The notes beneath the pieces were generated by a model that saw nothing but the letters and a program-made list of their open reading frames with translations, had not been told where the DNA came from and ran no database searches. From assembly GCA_964476705.1 (NCBI GenBank), contig CAYZBM010000002.1, positions 6,980 through 70,979 of the forward strand: a stretch of 64,000 bases of DNA. Reading direction: 5' to 3'. Positions 30,376 through 37,397 of the stretch are shown here, piece by piece. The translations under genes and the position numbers were made by a program. Within the stretch, counting starts at the first letter, position 1. Every line of letters starts with the position of its first letter. Source of the stretch: an uncultured Rickettsiales bacterium (GTDB lineage Bacteria; Pseudomonadota; Alphaproteobacteria; Rickettsiales; UBA6187).

Positions 30376-31143
30376 TTAAAATTCTTTTTTTCTAATGTCC
30401 AGAAAAGCCATTGAAATAATTAAACTAATTGAAATTCCAGCTTGAGTTGTAAATAACCACCAATCATGATTATTATTAATACCATAAATTAGCCAATCAC
30501 TTTTGGCAAATAGATCTAGCCTTGGAATTAGGCTAGAGATTATCTTTAAAGCTCCGAGCATTAACTCGGAGAATTTATTATCATGAGCGAGCGAGTTAGG
30601 ATTATAGATAGCTATTAAAAAAAATCCCATAAGTCTACAAACAAAATAAAAAGCAAAATTAGCCATGACAGCACTAGTTGCGCTACTTAAAATAAAAGCG
30701 GTAAGTAAAGAAAAAGCTGAAATTATAGATAATTCTAAAATTAAACTTAAAGTCCAAGCTAGAAAACCATCATAATTAATATTATGAAAAGTAAAAATAA
30801 TGCTAAAGGGAATAATAACTGCGATAATTTCTAAAATAGTAAAGCCCAAAAAATAACCTAAAATAAATTTAAATCTTGATATAGGTTTTGATAAAATTGA
30901 TTCAATTTCTTTGGTTTCAAAAGCTCGCCTAATATGAAAACAAATAAAAACAATAAAGCCTATAGCTAGAATAAATCTAACTCCTCCAGCAAATAAGACT
31001 AAGGCCATATTTTCTTGTTCAGTAAGAGCTGTTCCTCCAGTGAACATAGCTAGGCCTAAACAGAAAAAAATAGCTATTATTAGTCCTAAAAATAACCAAT
31101 CTCTAAGGGCAGTGAGGAGAATATACTTAATTATAGTTTTCAT
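30376..31143 (-). CDS. ABC-2-type transporter permease-like membrane protein
   Basis: Six predicted TM helices. ETKEIESILSKPISRFKF resembles the ABC-2 loop motif (E..tle.ll..P.sR). No cognate ATPase gene is adjacent. Confidence 0.65.
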   Translation of the reverse strand: MKTIIKYILLTALRDWLFLGLIIAIFFCLGLAMFTGGTALTEQENMALVLFAGGVRFILAIGFIVFICFHIRRAFETKEIESILSKPISRFKFILGYFLGFTILEIIAVIIPFSIIFTFHNINYDGFLAWTLSLILELSIISAFSLLTAFILSSATSAVMANFAFYFVCRLMGFFLIAIYNPNSLAHDNKFSELMLGALKIISSLIPRLDLFAKSDWLIYGINNNHDWWLFTTQAGISISLIISMAFLDIRKKEF

Positions 31144-31226
31144 GGTTTTTAAAGTCTTAAGAAATATGGTTCTTAAAATTACGTATTAATAAAAGATATA
31201 AATATAATTAAGATATAAGTCTAGAT

Positions 31227-33281
31227 TTAAACAGAATTGATATTGGTAGGCTTTATATATTTAATTAATATTTCGACAATTTTCTCTTGGGTAACTGGTT
31301 TATTAAGATAATCATCCATTCCAGAATTTAAACATTTATCTCTATCCCCATCCATGGCGTTGGCAGTGAGGGCTACAATAATTTGGCCTTTTTTCTTATG
31401 AGTTTTTTCATATTTTCTAGTTTTTATTGTGGCTTCAAATCCGTCCATTTCAGGCATTTGACAATCCATAAAAACTAAATCGTAGGTATTTTGTTTAATA
31501 GCAGCAAGGGCTTCCAAACCATTTGCGACATTGTCGACTTTGCAGCCAAGTTTATTGAGTAAATTAGTCATTAACATTTGGTTTACTGGAATATCTTCAA
31601 CAACCAGAATATGACTATTTTCAAATTTAATTTTAGCTATAGGATTTTTAATAATATTATTCTTTTTGCTAATCATCTCATTAATTATGGGAGGGGTAAT
31701 AAATTCTAACGGTTCTTTTTTACTAAAAGCATCTAGAATTAAGGCTATGGCATTAATTAGAATATTTTTGTAAATCGGCTTAATTAATAGACCTTTAATA
31801 TTTTTTTGTTCAAGTTCTTCTATGGATAGATCTATGGTTTTATGGGCGGAGGTCATTAATAATAAAGTTTTGTTGTCATCAATTTCTCCTTTAATTTTAT
31901 CTATAGCATTTTCAATATTATTAGAGTCTATATTATTATCGATTATAACTATATTGTAAGAGTTACTTTTGGCTTTTTTTAACTTAATTTTAGCTTCGGT
32001 TAAACTAGTTACAAAATCACAGTAAGCACCTTGTTCTTTTAATTGTCCCATAGTTATTTTATGATTGATAGGATGTTTATCAATTATTAAAATACGGGTA
32101 TTTTTAATAATATTATTAGAAATAAGGAGATCGCTTTTCTTTTCTGTATATTCATAAGGAACTGAAATATTAAAAAAGAAAGTGGAGCCTTTGCCAAGAG
32201 TACTTTTAACTCCTATATTCCCATTCATTAAAGATACTAAAGTTTTGCAAATAGCTAGTCCTAGTCCAGTTCCCCCAAATTTCCGGGTTGTTGATTCTTC
32301 AGCTTGCGTAAATTTATTGAAGATGTAATCAATTTTATTTCGTGGGATTCCAATTCCAGTATCAGTTATTTCAAAAGAAATATTTGCAATTTTATTGTTA
32401 TAACTAGCCATACTTACGTTAAGTATAACATAACCATTTTGGGTAAATTTAATTGAATTACCAATTAAATTAATCAAAATTTGCCTTAATCTAACTGGGT
32501 CTGCATCAATAATTGATGGTAAATTATCTGAATATTTTACCAATAATTCAATATTCTGCTCATTAGCTTTTATGGACATTAATTCCATAGTTTCTTCAAT
32601 TAATGTGCTTAAATTAAATTTAATGGGCACTAAGGTAAATTTTCCGGCCCCAATTTTAGAAAAATCAAGTATATCATTAATAATATCGAGTAAAGATTCG
32701 CTAGAACGTTTAATTATATCTCCCCACATTCTTTGTTCAGGGTCTAAATTAGTATCAAGTAAAAGACCGGTCATGCCGATTATAGCATTCATCGGAGTGC
32801 GGATCTCGTGACTCATGTTAGCTAAGAAATCACTTTTTGCTAAATTGGCGGCTTCAGCTTCAGTTATTGCTAAATTTAAAACTTCTTCTTGTCGTGTTTG
32901 CTTGGTAATATCCTTAACTACAGCAATATAAATATGCTGCTCATCAGAGGACATAGCATCAATATTAAGTTCTATAGGAAATTTATTATTTTCTTTATGG
33001 AGGCCTACAGCTAAATAATTACCTTTCTTTGTCGTGGTTAATTTAATTTTTTTTAAAGTATTTCTTATTGATTCTTTGTTCTTTTTAAAGCCTTTATCAT
33101 AGACTAAACAACTAATGTTTTTATTTGTTACTTCTTCCAATGTATAGCCAAAAATATTTTCTGCAAAGGGATTTAAAAATAATATTTCGCCATCGTCATT
33201 AACAATTATTATACCATCTGCAACATGGTCTAATAATTTTTTACAAGAATATATATCTGGAGATAAGTCTTTTTTTGCCAT
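31227..33281 (-). CDS. hybrid sensor histidine kinase (PAS-HisKA-HATPase-REC-REC)
   Basis: H-box SHEIRTPMNAIIGM, with N, G1 (DTGIGI) and G2 (GGTGLGLAI) boxes. The C-terminal receiver is canonical (VEDIPVN...FMDCQMPEMDG...NKP). The middle receiver-like domain lacks the acidic DD pair. Confidence 0.93.
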   Translation of the reverse strand: MAKKDLSPDIYSCKKLLDHVADGIIIVNDDGEILFLNPFAENIFGYTLEEVTNKNISCLVYDKGFKKNKESIRNTLKKIKLTTTKKGNYLAVGLHKENNKFPIELNIDAMSSDEQHIYIAVVKDITKQTRQEEVLNLAITEAEAANLAKSDFLANMSHEIRTPMNAIIGMTGLLLDTNLDPEQRMWGDIIKRSSESLLDIINDILDFSKIGAGKFTLVPIKFNLSTLIEETMELMSIKANEQNIELLVKYSDNLPSIIDADPVRLRQILINLIGNSIKFTQNGYVILNVSMASYNNKIANISFEITDTGIGIPRNKIDYIFNKFTQAEESTTRKFGGTGLGLAICKTLVSLMNGNIGVKSTLGKGSTFFFNISVPYEYTEKKSDLLISNNIIKNTRILIIDKHPINHKITMGQLKEQGAYCDFVTSLTEAKIKLKKAKSNSYNIVIIDNNIDSNNIENAIDKIKGEIDDNKTLLLMTSAHKTIDLSIEELEQKNIKGLLIKPIYKNILINAIALILDAFSKKEPLEFITPPIINEMISKKNNIIKNPIAKIKFENSHILVVEDIPVNQMLMTNLLNKLGCKVDNVANGLEALAAIKQNTYDLVFMDCQMPEMDGFEATIKTRKYEKTHKKKGQIIVALTANAMDGDRDKCLNSGMDDYLNKPVTQEKIVEILIKYIKPTNINSV

Positions 33282-33497
33282 CTTTAAAGTACAATGCCTT
33301 AAGTTATAAAGCTTGTATTATAGCGGCTAAACCTTAAAACTAGCTTAATTTTAGGAGACTATATCAGTAAATCTATAGCGGCATTATGTGCCTATATAGT
33401 TACATATGCTGCTATATGAAGCAGATTTAAGCTTTTATTAAGGTTTGTTTGCTATATTCAGTTAATAAAAACTTGAATTTTAGAAATAATAAATATT

Positions 33498-33818
33498 ATG
33501 CCTAGTTCTATAGATTTAACTAATTTGCGAGATATTACCGATGGTGATGTTGAGTTTGAACAAAAGCTTCTCGCTATGTTTATTGATAATAGTAGTGAAT
33601 GCTTAAGCAATCTAAAGAAATTTTGTGATAAAGATGAAAATGATATGTGGCATAGGCAGGCTCATTCATTAAAAGGTCTCGCACTTAATATTGGCGCTAA
33701 AAAACTTGCCGAATTTTGTTTGGCTGCAGAAAAATCTCCAAGTAAGTCTAGTCTTATATTAGTAGAAAAAGAATATAAAAAAGTAAAAAGTGAAATTGAG
33801 AAGTTAATCAAGAAGTAG
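33498..33818 (+). CDS. histidine phosphotransfer (Hpt) domain protein
   Basis: HSLKGLALNIGA phosphohistidine motif. 106 aa. Divergent from the hybrid kinase gene. Confidence 0.88.
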   Translation: MPSSIDLTNLRDITDGDVEFEQKLLAMFIDNSSECLSNLKKFCDKDENDMWHRQAHSLKGLALNIGAKKLAEFCLAAEKSPSKSSLILVEKEYKKVKSEIEKLIKK

Positions 33819-34425
33819 TTTTTTCACAGGAAGCTGCCAATTCTAAAGTAGCTTTTACCGGATCTTCGCTTCCCCAAATATTTGAAACCACCGCAATCAA
33901 ATCGGCCCCAGCTTTAATTAATGGCTTGCAATTATTTTGGTTTATTCCGCCAATGGCCACGCAAGGCAATACTGAAATGCTAGTCCATTGTTCTAAAATA
34001 TCAATTTTAGGTTTTGCTGTATTAAGTTTAGTAGTTGTCGGATAAAAAGCCCCAAAAGCTATATAATCAGCGCCAGCTTCACCTACTTCCATAGCTCTAT
34101 CTATAGAGTCATAACAACTAACGCCGATAATTTTATTCGGCCCTAAAATTTTACGGGCATTTTCTACAGATCCATCTTCTTTGCCAATATGTACGCCATC
34201 AGCATTAACTAATTTTGCTAAATCTGCGCGATCATTGAGGATAAATTGTATAGAATATTTATGGCACAACCTAACTAATATATTTGCTGATGCAATTATT
34301 TCGTCATCTAAGCATTCCTTTAAGCGTAATTGAAATACTGAAATTTTTCCAGTTTGCAAAATACTCTCAAGTAATGGCTCAAAAGAATCCAAAGAAATTT
34401 TAGGTGGACTAATTAAATAAATCAT
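33808..34425 (-). CDS. thiE: thiamine-phosphate synthase
   Basis: VFQLRLKE, ILNDRADLA, ADGVHIG, and GGI motifs. 205 aa. Confidence 0.88.
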   Translation of the reverse strand: MIYLISPPKISLDSFEPLLESILQTGKISVFQLRLKECLDDEIIASANILVRLCHKYSIQFILNDRADLAKLVNADGVHIGKEDGSVENARKILGPNKIIGVSCYDSIDRAMEVGEAGADYIAFGAFYPTTTKLNTAKPKIDILEQWTSISVLPCVAIGGINQNNCKPLIKAGADLIAVVSNIWGSEDPVKATLELAASCEKTTS

Positions 34426-34434
34426 TTTAAAGCA

Positions 34435-35355
34435 CTATTTTTCTAGATAAACTTTTATAATAGAGTTTAAAAGCTCCAAAGCTTCCATACGAGGTCTTTG
34501 GAAAGTATTTCGACCAATGATAGAGCCATTAGCCCCGCCATTTTTTAGCTCTTTAACTTCAGCTAGTAGAGCTGCATTATCTTTAGCATTACCACCAGAA
34601 AATACTACTATTCTTTTACCATCAAAACAAGATTGTTTAATATGCGCGATACGTTTAGTTAAAGTGCTGACATCTATTTTATATTTTTCATAGACTTTTT
34701 TAGCTTCTTCTTGTTCAATAAAGGCTGTTGGTGGTTTAACTTTTATAATATGGGCACCAAGTAAGGCTGCCATATGAGCGGCATAAGCTGTAACATCAAT
34801 TGCTGTTTCGCCATCTTTGCTTAAATCTCCGCCTCTTGGATATGACCAGATAACTACAGCAAGACCAAAAGCTTTAGCTTCTCTTGCCATTTCTTTAATC
34901 TCTTCCATTAAGTTAAAGGCTTTATCAGAACCTGGATAGATAGTAAAGCCAATGGCGCTACAACCAAGTCTGATGGCATCTTTAACTGAAGCAGTTATCG
35001 CTTGGTCTTTAATACCCGGGGCTAATGAATTGCAGCTATTTACTTTAAGAATAGTTGGAATGAGTCCGGCAAAGCTATCAGCTCCCGCTTCAATCATACC
35101 AAGTGGGGCTGCATAAGCACTAAGACCAGCATCAATTGCCAGCTGAAAATGATAATGTGGATCATAAGCCTCAGGGTTTGGCGCAAAGCTTCTAGCAGGA
35201 CCATGTTCAAAACCTTGGTCGACCGGTAATATTACTAACTTACCAGTTCCACCTAATTTACCTTGCATTAATATGCGAGTTAAATTAGCTTTAGTACCAG
35301 GATTATCGCTCTCATAATGAGAAAGTATAGTTCTTACAGCTTTGGTCATACGCAT
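34435..35355 (-). CDS. fbaB: class I fructose-bisphosphate aldolase (DhnA/FbaB family)
   Basis: LVILPVDQGFEHGP and HIIKVK Schiff-base lysine context. I chose the ATG at 35355 (preceded by AAGGATAAGGA) rather than the TTG at 35382. Confidence 0.8.
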   Translation of the reverse strand: MRMTKAVRTILSHYESDNPGTKANLTRILMQGKLGGTGKLVILPVDQGFEHGPARSFAPNPEAYDPHYHFQLAIDAGLSAYAAPLGMIEAGADSFAGLIPTILKVNSCNSLAPGIKDQAITASVKDAIRLGCSAIGFTIYPGSDKAFNLMEEIKEMAREAKAFGLAVVIWSYPRGGDLSKDGETAIDVTAYAAHMAALLGAHIIKVKPPTAFIEQEEAKKVYEKYKIDVSTLTKRIAHIKQSCFDGKRIVVFSGGNAKDNAALLAEVKELKNGGANGSIIGRNTFQRPRMEALELLNSIIKVYLEK

Positions 35356-35494
35356 CTTAAAAATCCTTATCCTTAGGGGCAAAAGAAAAAATTATAATTT
35401 ATTTGTTGTATTTCCTTAGCAAATTAGAATAATAAAAGCAATAAATCAATTTGATTATGTAATATTTGCTTAAAAATGGTGGAATTTAAATAGT

Positions 35495-36652
35495 ATGTCT
35501 AGTTCAAAAGTCAGTAATTTATTAACCGGCACTGTAAGAGCTGCTCAAACGATAGGAGCAAATAGCTCAAGATCGCCTATAATTAGGCGTTCTTTTGTCG
35601 ACTCCTTGCAAGGAAAAGGAGGTGAAAATCCAAAGCCTAGAATATTTACTTTGCCATCGCCGGCAGATGCCAGTTTTCGTACAGATCCTTGTTCAGAAAC
35701 AATAAGACTTAATAATTATTTACTTAAAGATTTACTACCTAAGGATTATAAAGATAAATTAAGTACTTTAGAAGAAGTAGCTATACACGCTAGAAATGCT
35801 ATCCAAATGGCTGATGCGATTATTGTACCAGGATCTCCTTTTACCCTTTCTGAAGAATATAGAAAACCAGTATTAATTTCTCCAGCTGCTAATATGCAAG
35901 ATAAGCTTAAAGATCCTGCGAAAAAAAATGAACTTAGAAATCTTGCTTATATTGCTGCCGCTTTGGCTAGAGGGCTACCGATAATATCATCTTGTAATGG
36001 AGCAGCACAAGTAAGTGCACTTTTAGGAGCTAAAATGTGGACTCAAGAAGAGATGCATAAAGAAAAAGAAGATTGGGACGCCATCAACCATGATCGTAAT
36101 TCTCAGCATGATATTTTATTAAATCCAGAGAGTTTTTTAGCACAATCTAGAGGAAAAAAACAAACCTTTAATAGCCATGGATTAGTTATTATCAGAAATG
36201 TTCCATCAACTCATCCTTTGCTTATAAAAGAACCATCTTATGGAACAAAAATAGAAGCTTGGGCTCCTGATGAGAGTCCGTCACTTATGAGTTCGCATGG
36301 CAATAATATAATTATTTTGTCTGATAGCATACATAGATGTTTACTTAAGGATCCTAAGGTTGCAATAGATCAGAATGAAATGAATCATACGGATGTTTAT
36401 TTAAATGCCGCATGTGAATTTTCAGTATGTGCCCATAAAAGTATGGTAAATAATGGTAACCAATATAAAGTTAGCCTTATGGATATGAACCATCCTCTGA
36501 TAAATGCATTAAAATTAACAGGATTATTTGATGGGAATAAAGTAGTGCCTGATCCAAATGATTGGACATTTAAAAGTATATCCGAAAAACTAGCAGAACT
36601 AGAAAAACTAGATCTTAATACATCTAGTCTAAGTGATACTCGAGGTAGATGA
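35495..36652 (+). CDS. hypothetical protein with a divergent class I glutamine-amidotransferase / peptidase C26-like core
   Basis: ADAIIVPGSPF ... GLPIISSCNGAAQVSALLGA (nucleophile-elbow-like CxGxQ) ... FNSHGLVI ... KIEAWAPDES follows the order of PuuD/C26 motifs. It has a ~90-aa N-terminal extension and a ~100-aa C-terminal extension. Confidence 0.45.
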   Translation: MSSSKVSNLLTGTVRAAQTIGANSSRSPIIRRSFVDSLQGKGGENPKPRIFTLPSPADASFRTDPCSETIRLNNYLLKDLLPKDYKDKLSTLEEVAIHARNAIQMADAIIVPGSPFTLSEEYRKPVLISPAANMQDKLKDPAKKNELRNLAYIAAALARGLPIISSCNGAAQVSALLGAKMWTQEEMHKEKEDWDAINHDRNSQHDILLNPESFLAQSRGKKQTFNSHGLVIIRNVPSTHPLLIKEPSYGTKIEAWAPDESPSLMSSHGNNIIILSDSIHRCLLKDPKVAIDQNEMNHTDVYLNAACEFSVCAHKSMVNNGNQYKVSLMDMNHPLINALKLTGLFDGNKVVPDPNDWTFKSISEKLAELEKLDLNTSSLSDTRGR

Positions 36653-36670
36653 ATATTATAAGGATTTTAT

Positions 36671-37330
36671 ATGAAGATATTACTTACAACAATTTTGTTA
36701 TTATTATCTTTATCTGCCTCAGCCAGCCAGCTGGAGGGTGTATTATTATATCCTCAGGTAGTTAGGATAATTATTTTAGGTGATGAGTTTATATCGTCTG
36801 TGAATGTTGGTAAAATGCAATCTTTTCCTTATGTATTAGAAAGGCATATACGTAATACTGGTAGAAAAAAAATTCAAATAATTCCAGAATTTGGTGAGAA
36901 TTATACTAGCTTAGATGGGGTAAGATCCTTACCTAAAATTCAAGGAATGAAACCTGATATAGTAGTTTTAATGTTAGGAGCTAATGATCTAAAACAACAT
37001 ATAGATCCTAAAGAAACTTATAAAAATTTAGGTGATTTAGTTAAATTACTTACCGAGAAAAAAATTAACGTGATTTTAGTTGGAATTAAGCCCGGAATTA
37101 ACGAGGGGGATATATATAAAGAAAAATATCCAAAAATTTATGATTATTTAGCTTATAAATATAAGCTCCCTTATTACAAATCTTTATTTGAAGGGTTAGA
37201 TAAAAATCCGCAATTAGTCAACAAAGATGGATCAGTTAACGATTTTGGTATGGAATATATAGCAGAAGCTATAGCTCCTGTTATGCTGCCAACTATTGAT
37301 AAGGTAATGAAGGAAAATAATATTAAGTAG
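36671..37330 (+). CDS. secreted SGNH/GDSL-hydrolase-like protein lacking catalytic Ser and His (probable pseudoenzyme)
   Basis: Signal peptide MKILLTTILLLLSLSASAS. Block I reads GDEF instead of GDS(L). Block III GAND is conserved. Block V reads DGSVND instead of DGxHP. Confidence 0.7.
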   Translation: MKILLTTILLLLSLSASASQLEGVLLYPQVVRIIILGDEFISSVNVGKMQSFPYVLERHIRNTGRKKIQIIPEFGENYTSLDGVRSLPKIQGMKPDIVVLMLGANDLKQHIDPKETYKNLGDLVKLLTEKKINVILVGIKPGINEGDIYKEKYPKIYDYLAYKYKLPYYKSLFEGLDKNPQLVNKDGSVNDFGMEYIAEAIAPVMLPTIDKVMKENNIK

Positions 37331-37373
37331 TTGCCAGTGAAAAAATATCGTAAGATATTTTTTCACTGGCAAC
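37330..37373. terminator. perfect 20-bp-stem hairpin between convergent genes (hairpin family H, copy 2); putative bidirectional terminator
   Basis: GTTGCCAGTGAAAAAATATC-gtaa-GATATTTTTTCACTGGCAAC. It begins on the last base of the TAG stop, exactly as at 1573. Confidence 0.7.
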
Positions 37374-37397
37374 TATTTAGGTAATATTCTCTTCTCT

